From positions 55,524 to 119,523 of the forward strand of contig CAZVEX010000003.1 in the NCBI GenBank assembly GCA_964625535.1: 64,000 nucleotides of DNA, written 5' to 3'. The position numbers and the translations under genes were made by a program. This stretch comes from an uncultured Gammaproteobacteria bacterium (GTDB lineage Bacteria > Patescibacteriota > Microgenomatia > Daviesbacterales > UBA10151). Positions within the stretch are counted from its first letter, which is position 1. Each line of letters begins with the position of its first letter. This document shows, piece by piece, positions 47,401 through 61,700 of this stretch. The notes below the pieces were generated by a model. The model was given only the letters and a program-made list of their open reading frames with translations, made no database searches and was not told where the DNA came from.

Positions 47401-48063
47401 ATGTCCAATCTGCCCGTTGATCCGGCTGTTTTAATAGCTTCGGCAATCGCCCTGGTGACCACCATTCTCTATCTCCGTGAATACAACTTGAGAAGAAAGG
47501 ATCACTCTCAAGAGGAAAAAGGCTGGGAAACGCTGCACCAGTCCATCAAAAAATCCCAGGCCATTTTAGGTCAGGCCGAACTGGAAGGAATCAAGGTAGC
47601 CGCCGAAACCAAGTTTGAAACCTCTAAATTAGAAAAAGAATATTCAAGGCAACTCTCGGCAATTATCAATCAGTCTCAAAGCGCCATCACAGCTGCCCAG
47701 AATCAACTGCTACAATTCATGCAGGATTTACAAAAAAGGAGCGAGGAGTTTGAACAAGCCAGCAGAAGTAGCGGACAACAGAGGATTAATCAGCTTTTTG
47801 AAAGATTAGAAACAAAATTGTCTGATTTTTTGATACAAACAGAGCAAAAAACTACCTCCTCTATTGAGTTGGAGCTTAAAGCAACCAGACAACTCCTGGA
47901 TACTTATAAAAGCGGGCAGCTAAAACTGATTGATGAAAATATTATTGCCATGATGGAGCAAACGCTAAACATTGTTTTAGGAAAGAAATTATCCCTAAAG
48001 GACCAGTTAGAACTCGTTTATGAGGCTCTGGAAAGAGCTAAAATAGATAAATTTATAATTTGA
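47401..48063 (+). CDS. Single-TM coiled-coil protein, putative subunit b-like peripheral stalk
   Basis: N-terminal TM followed by a long Q/E/K-rich helix, in the atpF position before delta. Confidence 0.55.
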   Translation: MSNLPVDPAVLIASAIALVTTILYLREYNLRRKDHSQEEKGWETLHQSIKKSQAILGQAELEGIKVAAETKFETSKLEKEYSRQLSAIINQSQSAITAAQNQLLQFMQDLQKRSEEFEQASRSSGQQRINQLFERLETKLSDFLIQTEQKTTSSIELELKATRQLLDTYKSGQLKLIDENIIAMMEQTLNIVLGKKLSLKDQLELVYEALERAKIDKFII

Positions 48064-48075
48064 AATGGCTCTCTT

Positions 48076-48558
48076 ATGGACCAATTACTAAACACTATTT
48101 TAAGGCAAACTTATACTCTAAACCAGCTTAAACATAGGCTTTCTATACTTAAACTCAAATTTTTACAATATTTTTTTGGAACAGAAAAGAAACAAAGCTT
48201 GTTATCCGAAAGCGATTTGATGTGGTTAAAATCACTGCCGCCTGATTTTTCAAAAAACATAAACCAGGATAATGTTTATTCAGTCTTTGAAGATTTAGAA
48301 AAGAAAATAAATTCTATGCCGGTTTTAACCATGTATCTTACCTTTGAACCGGATGAATTAAGTTTAACTCAAATTGGAGAAATGACTAGAAAAACTTTCA
48401 ATAACTTAACGCTTATTTTGGATATAAAATATGATCCAAGACTGCTGGCCGGCGCAGCCTTAAGCTTCAAAGGAATGTACAGAGATTATTCTCTTCGGTC
48501 AAGGATTGGAGAAAGAAAACTGGCAATTTTACAGAGTTTCAAAAAGTTCCTAAGATGA
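48076..48558 (+). CDS. atpH: F1 delta (OSCP)-like subunit, divergent
   Basis: C-terminal DPRLLAGAAL...YRDYSLRSRI resembles delta DPxLLGG...DxS. Position before alpha. Confidence 0.7.
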   Translation: MDQLLNTILRQTYTLNQLKHRLSILKLKFLQYFFGTEKKQSLLSESDLMWLKSLPPDFSKNINQDNVYSVFEDLEKKINSMPVLTMYLTFEPDELSLTQIGEMTRKTFNNLTLILDIKYDPRLLAGAALSFKGMYRDYSLRSRIGERKLAILQSFKKFLR

Positions 48559-50018
48559 CTACTCCAAATCTAACGCAAGAAATAGGATATGTAGTCTCCA
48601 TACGAGATTTTCTAATCCATTTAAGTGGGTTTCCATCTATTAGAGTAAACGATATTGTTGTTTCGGAATCCGGCAGCAGGGGTTGGATCAACTCCATTAG
48701 CCCAAACCTGGTAGAGGTTTTAATGCTGGATGAAGGAAAAATTACCCCAAAGCAGCAATTTCGACGGACAAGAGATCGCTTGGGACTTCGGGTTGGGGAG
48801 TTTTTGTTGGGACGGGCTATTAACCCTTTGGGCGTACCTATAGACGGAAAAGGGTTGTTGTCAAAAGTTCAGGTTTCGGAAATTCTAGAGCTAGAACAGG
48901 AAGCACCCGGAATTGAAAGCAGACAATTCATCAGTAAACAGTTTTTAACAGGGATCACTTTGATTGATAACCTAATTCCTTTAGGACGAGGTCAGAGAGA
49001 ATTAATTTTAGGAGATGCGCACTCCGGCAAGACCGGATTTTTATTGGATCTAATTATAAATCAAAAAAATACCGGTGTAATTTGTATTTACGCCTCCATC
49101 GGTAAACCCTCCGTTGCAGTTAGAAATTTAATCGATGTTTTAAGAAACAATAAAGCATTAGATTACAGCGTGATTATTGCAGCCTCATCCTCCGAACCAG
49201 CCCCATTAATCTTTCTTACACCCAAAACAGCTTTTACGGTTGCCGAGTATTTTCAAAGAAAAGGCCGAGATGTACTTTTAATTTTAGATGATTTGGGAAC
49301 TCATGCCAAAATTTATAGAGAAATTGCCCTTTTGGGTAACAAAGCTCCAGGAAGAGAGTCTTATCCCGGTGATATTTTTTATCAGCATGCGCATCTTTTA
49401 GAACGGGCCGGAAATTTTTTACCCGAGTTTGGGGGGGGCTCTATCACCGCCCTCCCGGTCATTGAACTTAGCTTAAATGATTTTACTACCTTAATACCCA
49501 CTAATCTAATGTCTATGACAGACGGCCATCTGTTGTTTAAGGCCAGCTTGCACTCTCAAGGACAAACGCCGGCCATTGATATTTCCCTATCTGTTTCCAG
49601 AGTAGGCAGACAGACTCAAGATCGGGTCAGCAATTTACTGTCCATAAAAATAAGGCAAATACTCTCCGAGGCAGCGGATTTAGAGACAATCTCCCGTTTT
49701 TCTTCGGAATTACCTCCTGAAACACAGCTCATTCTACAAAGGCGGGATCAAATCATGGAACTCTTAAAACAAGAGCCTCTGACGCCAACGCCTAAACCAA
49801 TCCAAAACATTTTTTTGGCACTCCCTTTTACCACCTTTATGAAAGGAAAAAATCACATCTTTTTAGAAAAAAACAAAAAAAGCCTGGGGCAGGCTTTTTT
49901 AACTAACCCCGCCCTTTTATCCATCAGTCGATCAATAAAAAATTTGAAAACAGATACGGAGTTGATAAAACTTTTGGAAGGAGTAGGACCAGTTTTGGCA
50001 AAATTGTGCCCAACATAA
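48555..50018 (+). CDS. atpA: F1 ATPase alpha subunit
   Basis: LLGRAINPLG, GRGQRELILGDAHSGKT, PGRESYPGDIFY, GGSITALP and SVSRVG (Arg finger). Confidence 0.95.
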   Translation: MTTPNLTQEIGYVVSIRDFLIHLSGFPSIRVNDIVVSESGSRGWINSISPNLVEVLMLDEGKITPKQQFRRTRDRLGLRVGEFLLGRAINPLGVPIDGKGLLSKVQVSEILELEQEAPGIESRQFISKQFLTGITLIDNLIPLGRGQRELILGDAHSGKTGFLLDLIINQKNTGVICIYASIGKPSVAVRNLIDVLRNNKALDYSVIIAASSSEPAPLIFLTPKTAFTVAEYFQRKGRDVLLILDDLGTHAKIYREIALLGNKAPGRESYPGDIFYQHAHLLERAGNFLPEFGGGSITALPVIELSLNDFTTLIPTNLMSMTDGHLLFKASLHSQGQTPAIDISLSVSRVGRQTQDRVSNLLSIKIRQILSEAADLETISRFSSELPPETQLILQRRDQIMELLKQEPLTPTPKPIQNIFLALPFTTFMKGKNHIFLEKNKKSLGQAFLTNPALLSISRSIKNLKTDTELIKLLEGVGPVLAKLCPT

Positions 50019-50019
50019 A

Positions 50020-52546
<2,527 letters not shown>

Positions 52547-52618
52547 TTCCACTCCTGATCCATTTTGTTCTAAATTTCTGATATAGTTTGTTATATCCCC
52601 TTACTATAATAATAACAC

Positions 52619-52700
52619 TTGACAAACCTATGTAAATCTGTGTACGATGGATTAAGAATCTATGCATGATAAGCAGATTTGCATAGATTTTAGGCAGACG
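52619..52700 (+). promoter_or_regulatory. Promoter and repeated operator-like motifs upstream of the giant gene
   Basis: TTGACA-N18-TACGAT. Perfect inverted repeat AATCTATGCA/TGCATAGATT. CTATGTAAATCTG vs CAGATTTGCATAG is a 12/13 inverted match. Confidence 0.55.
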
Positions 52701-52713
52701 GAACCTAATTTGT

Positions 52714-55700
52714 ATGAAAAATCCGTCTGTCAACTACCTCAAAATTGGTCAAGCCGCCAAGGCTTTAGGCGTTTCCATTGATACCCTCCGAAGATGGGAA
52801 AGGAGTGGAAAAATTGAAACCATCAGAACTCCGGGAGGAACAAGATTATACTCCCTGACCCATCTTAAAAAAATCAATCCTAAATCAGTTCAAGACTTTC
52901 AGGCTACAGGGCAGACTACAGAAGAACTGCTAAAAATCCAGGAAAATCCAGAAAGACTCTATGAGCCAGAGAATCAGAACATCGGATATTCTGATATATC
53001 AGATCTATCCGAAAAGAAAAAATCTTCCCTGGTCAATAAATTCCTGATTGGCACCGGAGTACTTTCAGTCATTACTCTGATCGTCACCTCCTGGATTACA
53101 GCTTCTTACCTGACTCGACCCAAAGAAACAGCACAGTTTTTCAAAAATAACATTGCCACTCCCCTTTTGAAACCGTTTCATATCCTTGCCGAAGAAACAA
53201 TCGCTGTAATTAACCCCAAAAAGGCTAAAGAACTGGGGTTTATTCCTCATGAAAAACCCCCTCCGATACCCTATACCCTAAACCCTAAACCCTCTTTTAA
53301 TGTCCTGGCTGTCACGGCCAGTCCTCAATTTTTAGAGGTCAATAGCGATACTCAAATTAACGGTTCGTTATTTGTGCGTGATAGCATCAATGATCTTATT
53401 TTGGAAGCCACACCATCTGCCTCAACTTTTGAAATGATTTCAGGAGATACCATATTAACTGTAACAAACAGTAGCACAATAGATCAAAACTTATCCACAG
53501 CCTCTTCTCCCAGCTTTGATACGCTTAATCTGACAGCTAACAATAACCAACTAATCTTTCAATCAGGCGGGCCAACCGGTACTTTAACCTGGACCCCAAC
53601 TGCCGCAAGAATCATTACCCTTCCCGATGCCACAACAACCCTGGTGGGAACGGACACTACTCAAACATTAACTAATAAATCGCTATCCGGTTCGTCAAAC
53701 ACTTTTACCAGTATTCCCAACTCCGGCCTATCCAACTCCAAAGTAACAGTCACAGCCGGCACTAATCTTTCCGGGGGCGGAGATGTATCGCTTGGCGGAT
53801 CCATCACTCTAAGCCTGGCATCATCTCCTTCAGTATCCGGAGTCATACAACTGGCAGATGGCACAGCTGCAGCTCCTTCTTTAACTTTCACTAATGACAC
53901 TGACACAGGACTATATCGAATCGGCTCAAACAGCATCGGCTTAATCACCGGTGGCTCTGCCACCTCCGGCATTACCATTAACTCATCCGGTAATGTGGGG
54001 GTGGGAACTATCAGTCCCACCACTGCCTTGTATGTAGTTGGCGCCGGTACCATTACCGGCAACCTGACAGTTGATACAAATGTAGGCATTGGTACTTCTG
54101 TTACCCCTTCTGCCAAGCTGGGAGTGGTCGGAAATGTGGGCATTGGAAATAGCTTCGCCTTTGCCAATGTGCCTGTTAATGGCCTGGCTGTACAGGGTAA
54201 TGTAGGTATTGGCACTACCACTCCTGATTATCCTTTGCATGTAATTGGCAATGTGGGTATTGGTAATTCTGCATTAATAAACGGTTTAACTACAGCGCTT
54301 GGTGGGCTGCGGGTTAACGGATTTTCTGATTTAACTGGTAATGTGGGGATAGGGCAATCATTAACAGTATCCTCTACCGGAGCGTTCAGATTATCCGGAC
54401 AAAACTGTTCCACCTTAACAGGAGGAGGTAAGTTAACCACAGATGCATCTGGTAATGTATTCTGCAGCGCTGATTCAGGTTCTGGAATAACATCAGGTTC
54501 AGGAGTAGCTGGAGCAGTCACTTTCTGGGACAGTGCCAATACTTTATCCAATTCAGTTGCCAACTTTTACTGGGATTCTACTAACTATAGATTGGGTATA
54601 GGTACATCTTCTCCCGGAGGATCATTAATAGTCCAAACCGGTAATGTAGGAATAGGTATATCTGCCCCATCTCAAGTATTACAGGTTAATACTGGAGCCA
54701 ATTCTGTAGTGGTAACAAGTGGTGGCAATGTGGGGATAGGTATTACCACTCCTGATTATCCTTTGCATGTAATTGGTAATGTGGGTATTGGTAATTCTTT
54801 AACAGTCAACAATCTCTCCAATCTGCTGGGAGGACTGCGAGTTAATGGATTTTCTGACTTAACTGGTAATGTGGGGATAGGTGGATCATTAAATGTTTCT
54901 TCTTTATCCACTTTCCTCTCATCCATCCTGGGAGCTGACGGATCAGTTAGTGCTCCTGCATATTCATTTAATCTGGATACGGATACAGGCATATTCAGGC
55001 CGGGAACTAATGCTTTGGGACTGGCCACAGGTGGATCATCAAGATTAACTGTAACAGCAGCAGGACTGATTGGCATAGGTATTACCTCCCCAGCTGCCAC
55101 TTTCCAGGTTAATTCCGGGTCCTCATCTACAGTTATTACCTCAACAGGGAATTTAGGGATAGGCACCACTTCCCCCAGGATGCCATTGGAGGTAGTAGGT
55201 AATGGTACATTTTCTGCCCTGTTTACCAATGGCAATATCGGCATTGGTACCACAGCTCCTGTGGCAAGCTTGTCTGTTGCAGGTAATGTGGGAGTGGGTG
55301 GAACTTCTGCCGGAGCTGCATATAACTTTGATGTCTGGGGAACAGGCAGAATAACAGGAGCCTTAACAGTGGGAGGGAATCTGGGCATTGGTGGAACAGC
55401 CAATATTGACAGTTTAACCTACGGCTTGGGAGGATTAAGGGTTAATGGACTGGCTGATTTAACTGGTAATGTGGGGATAGGTGGATCATTAAACTTAACT
55501 TCGCTTGCTTCATTTAGCTCAAATTTGCTGGTTCAAGGCGGTGATATTGATACTTCTGCCTCCACTTTTAATGTGGCCTCATCAGCTACCACCCTAAATT
55601 TGGCCGGAGGATCATCCAATACAGGATGTACTATTGACGGATCAGGTAATATAACCTGTACCGGCAATATTGGCGGCGGCGGTACCGGTACGCAGGGATT

Positions 55701-58700
55701 TTGGGGCAGAGCCACAACTCCGGTAAATGTAATCTATCCTGCCACTCAAACAGATGTTTTAGGCACATTTGGTAATGTGGGGATAAATACCACTAATCCT
55801 CAAGGGGCATTGGTAGTTTTAACTGGTAATGTAGGTATAGGTATATCTGCCCCATCTCAAGTATTACAGGTTAATACTGGAGCCAATTCTGTAGTGGTAA
55901 CAAGTGGTGGCAATGTGGGGATAGGTATTACCACTCCTGATTATCCTTTGCATGTAATTGGTAATGTGGGTATTGGTAATTCTTTAACAGTCAACAATCT
56001 CTCCAATCTGCTGGGAGGACTGCGAGTTAATGGATTTTCTGACTTAACTGGTAATGTGGGGATAGGTGGATCATTAAATGTTTCTTCTTTATCCACTTTC
56101 CTCTCATCCATCCTGGGAGCTGACGGATCAGTTAGTGCTCCTGCATATTCATTTAATCTGGATACGGATACAGGCATATTCAGGCCGGGAACTAATGCTT
56201 TGGGACTGGCCACAGGTGGATCATCAAGATTAACTGTAACAGCAGCAGGACTGATTGGCATAGGTATTACCTCCCCAGCTGCCACTTTCCAGGTTAATTC
56301 CGGGTCCTCATCTACAGTTATTACCTCAACAGGGAATATAGGTATAGGGATAACTACAGCCAATTCTGCCTTAACAGTTAATGGTGGAGCAGTGATTGGT
56401 ACTGGATATAACTTAACTGCTCCCACCAATGGCCTACTGGTCCAGGGTCTGGTGGGAATTGGTACCACAGCTCCTGTGGTAGCCCTGTCTGTTGCAGGTA
56501 ATGTGGGAGTGGGTGGAACTTCTGCCGGAGCTGCATATAACTTTGATGTCTGGGGAACAGGCAGAATAACAGGAGCCTTAACAGTGGGAGGGAATCTGGG
56601 CATTGGTGGAACAGCCAATATTGACAGTTTAACCTACGGCTTGGGAGGATTAAGGGTTAATGGACTGGCTGATTTAACTGGTAATGTGGGGATAGGTGGA
56701 TCATTGACAGTTTCCGGACCAACCAGACTAAATGGATTAAGTCTAACTCTGGGAGCCGACAGTACAGGTGACATATTTTATAGAGATGCTACCGGTATTA
56801 TTGCCAGACTGCCTATTGGTATTTCAGGCCAGAGTTTAGCCATCTCATCCGGCATACCTACCTGGACCGATACCACCTCCTTTACCTCTGCTGCAGGATG
56901 GGTAGACGCAGGAGCATATTTGAGACTTTTGACCATGGGAGATAATGTGGGGATTGGAACCACTGCTAGTCAAGACCCAATAGGAAAACTTCACTTAAGA
57001 GGCAATGCCGATTCAACAGCGTTAACTTTTGTTACTACCAATAATGCTAATTCTAGTTTTGGATTGTCTGTTTTGGACAGTGGCAATGTGGGTATTGGAA
57101 CTACCTTACCTCAAGGGTCCCTAGTTATCCCTTCCGGTAATGTAGGAATAGGTATATCTGCCCCATCTCAAGTATTACAGGTTAATACTGGAGCCGATTC
57201 TGTGGTGGTAACAAGTGGTGGCAATGTGGGGATTGGCATAACCACTCCTCTTTTCCCTCTTCATGTTTTGGGTAATGTGGGGATTGGATCATCTTTAACA
57301 GTCTCCTCTGCGGCCGCATTAACTACTCTTAACGTATCCGGTATCTCATCTCTTGCCGGTAATGTTGGTATTGGTAATTCTCTAACAGTCAACAACCTCT
57401 CCAATCTGCTGGGAGGACTGCGTGTTAATGGGTTTTCTGACCTGACAGGTAATGTTGGGGTAGGCGGAAGCTTTACGGCTTCCGGACCAACCAGATTAAA
57501 CGGGTTAAGCCTGACTCTGGGAGCCGACAGTACAGGTGACATATTTTATAGAGATGCTACCGGTATTATTGCCAGACTGCCTATTGGTATTTCAGGCCAG
57601 AGTTTAGCCATCTCATCCGGCATACCTACCTGGACCGATACCACCTCCTTTACCTCTGCTGCAGGATGGGTAGACGCAGGAGCATATTTGAGACTTTTGA
57701 CCATGGGAGATAATGTGGGGATTGGAACCACTGTTGGTCAAGATCCTTATGCAAAACTGCACGTCAGAGGAAACGCCACAACCACAGGCCTGTCTTTCCT
57801 CACCACAGACAACAATAATACTCAAAGGTTTGCCATCCTGGATAATGGCAATGTGGGTATAGGCACAACAGCCCCTAATGCCACTTTGTCTATTCAGGGA
57901 AATGTTGGGATAGGGTTTACAGGAGTAAACCAGGTTATCCCCTCTAATGGCCTGGCAGTATCAGGTAATGTAGGTATTGGTGTAACCACTGCTAATTCTA
58001 CCTTAGCTATATCAGGTAATGGAGTTTTTGGAGCAGGATTTGCCGGGATGTCAGCTACCACCAACGGATTATTAGTAGAGGGTAGCGTTGGTATTGGTAT
58101 TTCTGTCCCCTCCCAAACCTTCCAGGTAGGATCTGCAGCTAACTCCTTAGTCTTTACTTCAGGAGGTAATTTGGGTGTAGGTATCACCACCCCCTTAAAT
58201 ACTTTGGATGTGGTAGGTACTACTCAACTAAGAGGAACAGGTGGAGTAGTTGGCTTGGCAGTCACCAATGATGGCAGAGTCGGTATTGGCAGGACCAATC
58301 CGGGTTCAACCTTGGCATTGGCTGTACAGGGTAATGTGGGTATTGGCGTAACTACGGCTAATTCTACCTTAGCTATATCAGGTAATGGAGTCTTTGGTAC
58401 AGGATATGCAGGAATGGCAGGACCAACCAATGGCCTGCTGGTCCAAGGTCTGGTGGGAATTGGTACCACAGCTCCTGTGGCAAGCTTGTCTGTTGCAGGT
58501 AATGTGGGAGTGGGTGGAACTTCTGCCGGAGCTGCATATAACTTTGATGTCTGGGGAACTGGCAGATTAACAGGGGCATTAACAGTAGATGGTAATGTGG
58601 GAGTGGGAGGATCATTAAATGTATCATCTCTTACAACATTATCATCAAATCTGAATGTAAGTGGAGTAATTCTAAATTCTGCCGGTTCCGAAGCTGCCCC

Positions 58701-61700
58701 CTCATACACTTTTAACGGTGATACGGATACCGGCATGCTGGTCCAGGGAGCCAATGACCTTATTCTCGCTACAGCCGGGGTAAAACGCCTTAGGATGGAT
58801 CCTAGTGGCCGATTTGAATTTATTTCAGGAGCTGCTACTTCTGCCAATCCTTTTTATTTTAGTGCCGGTGACATAACTGCGGCCAGCGGAGGAAATGTTT
58901 ATCAATTCAACAGTCCTACTATCACTCATACCAATAATATCACCAATCAGGGAATGGCCTATTTTGCAAATAACACCATCACCTCCTCATCTGCAGTCAC
59001 TGTCACTAATGCCGGCACCATCTGGATAAATGATATCCCTTCCGGGGGAGGCAGCAACACTGTAACCTATTCTGCAGGATTATATGTCAATCAGACAGGA
59101 GGAGGAAACAGGGTAACTAATGGTTATGGAATTTATGTCAATGCCCCAACAGGAGCCACTAATAATTATGCTGCTACTTTTTTGGGAGGTAATGTGGGGA
59201 TAGGGACTTCTTTCCCCTCCCAAACCTTTCAGGTTAATTCCGGAGCAAATACTTTTGTAATTAACTCATCGGGTAATTTAGGAATTGGCACTTCTGTCCC
59301 CAATGCTAAGTTATCCATCCAGGGTAATGTAGGGATAGGATATACAGGAGCCTCTCAAGTAATTCCCTCCAATGGCCTGGCAGTTTCAGGTAATGTAGGT
59401 ATAGGTATAACTACAGCAAACTCTACCCTGTCTGTAGCAGGAGGGGCCCATATAGGCAGTTTAAGACAGGGTATAGCTGCCCCCACTGATGGTCTGTTTG
59501 TAGATGGGAATGTGGGAATTGGGGCTACTACTTCTACTAATCTCTTGGATGTCTGGGGAGCAACCAATATAACAGGTAATCTAACCTTGGGTGGCGTATC
59601 TTTAGTATCGGATGGTACAGCTTCTGCCCCCGGATATTCATTCTCCGGCGATACTAATACAGGATTATATAGATTTGCATCTGATGGAATAGCTTTAATT
59701 ACCGGCGGCATATCCTCAAAATTGCTGTCCTTAAATTCCTCCGGTAATGTAGGTGTGGGAACTACCAGCCCGCAAGGCCCATTACATGTAACAACTGCCT
59801 CCGATGAAGTATTTCTGGTCAAGGGACATCAAACCTTAAGCACCGGTATTACTCTTAATGCGATAGATAATGGAAATAGTGCTAATGTCCCAATAGAATT
59901 TCGGGCAAGTCGTTTTGATTTTGAAGCGGGTAATGTGGGTATTGGGGCAACCACTGCCGCATATAATCTGGATGTTTGGGGAATAGGCAGGATAACTTCT
60001 GCCTTAACAGTGGGAGGGAATTTAGGCATTGGTACTTCTTTAACTGTGGATTCAGGAGTATCTTTGGCTTCTTCTTTACGGGTGGTGGGAAATTCACAAC
60101 TGTCCACTCTGTCTACCTCCGGAGACATTACCAATGCCGGGGTGTTTCTTTCATCTGACGGCACAGCCTCTGCTCCCGGATATTCTTTCTCCGGTGATAC
60201 CAATACCGGTATCTTTAGACCAAGTACTGATGCTTTGGGGCTGACCACAGGTGGTTCATCCAGATTAACTGTAACAGCAGCAGGTTTGGTGGGTATTGGC
60301 ATCACCTCCCCGGCTGCCACGTTCCAGGTTAATTCCGGGGCAAACTCTACAGTCATTAACTCATCCGGGAATGTAGGGATAGGCATGACCTCCCCCACCC
60401 AGCTTTTGGATGTGGCAGGGATTGCCAGATTAAGAGGTTCCGAAGGAACTATTGGATTAGTAGTGGTTGGAGGAGGTAATGTAGGCATTGGCACCACTGC
60501 TCCTGCTGCCAGACTTGATTTAGCAGGAGGACTGGGTTTTGCTCCTCCTTCCAATCCCAGATATATTGGAGGTGCAGATCCGGAAGGAGCTGCCGGAGAT
60601 GACACAATTATCACTTTGTCTCTGGCCGGCCGCTACGGCTATGTGGGTAAATCAAATAATGCCGGTACCTGTTCCTCCTCCGATCGAACCGGCTGTGAGT
60701 TTCAAATCTGGGATCTGTCAGATCCCACCAATCCCTCTTTTGTAGGCGGGGTCGATCTGGGGGCAGCAGGATCAGCTCTTTTTGTGGACGGAAAATATGC
60801 CTATCTGGGCGGGGCTTCCAATACCGGAGCATGTAATGCTTCCACCAGTACGGGTTGTACTGTACGGATTTATGATATATCTAATCCCTCCTCTCCGACT
60901 TATGTCGGAGGAATAAAAACCATCACCAACGACGGCACCGGCTCTCAAGGAATGGGTAACAGTGCTGCTGGTCAACGGCATATTTTTGTTTCCGGCCGCT
61001 ACGCTTATCTGGCCTTGGAGGATGCAACTGCCGGACAAAGCTGTAGCGCTTCCAATCTGGACGGCTGTGAGTTCCAAATTTGGGACATCTCCAATCCCGC
61101 CGCACCAATATCTATCAGCGGGACAGACTCCGGCGGTTCGGGCGATGATGCCAGAGGAGTTTATGTGCAGGGCCGTTATGCTTATCTTTGGAAAAATGCC
61201 AATGCGGGCACCTGTTCAGCAACTGACAAAACAGGTTGCGAAGTGCAAATTTATGATATTGTTAATCCATCCAGCCCGCTTTATATGGGTGGTTATAACA
61301 GCGGTCTGTCGCACTACACTCTGATCGTTTCAGGCCGTTATGCATATACGAATACCGGTACTGGTACCGCCAGTTTTTTGGTGATTGATATTTCCAATCC
61401 TGCCAACCCCACTTTAACTGCCACCGTGAATGCGAGTGTTGCCGGTTATGATATAGCCCTGGCCGGAAGATATCTTTATCAGGTCGGGAACACTGGCAGA
61501 CTGCATGTTTTTGATCTTTCCAACCCCTCCAATCCAATACAGATTGCCAACCCTATAGCTGGAGGAGGAGGATCCAGTTTCGCTGTAGCAGTAAGTGGAA
61601 GATATGTCTGGCTGGGCACCAATTCCAGCAGTACCGGCACCTGTTCCCAGAGTGATTTTACCGGCTGTGAGCTGGAAGTGTGGGATCTGGGAGGATTTGA

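Noticed and set aside
47401-48063. Possibility that this ORF is the missing subunit a
   Set aside because: It has only one hydrophobic segment followed by a soluble coiled coil. Subunit a is polytopic with a conserved Arg helix.
54640-57733. Long near-identical repeats as a possible DGR template/variable pair or CRISPR array
   Set aside because: The copies are in-frame coding modules. Their few differences are not adenine-specific, there is no repeat-spacer pattern, and no reverse transcriptase or cas gene is in the window.
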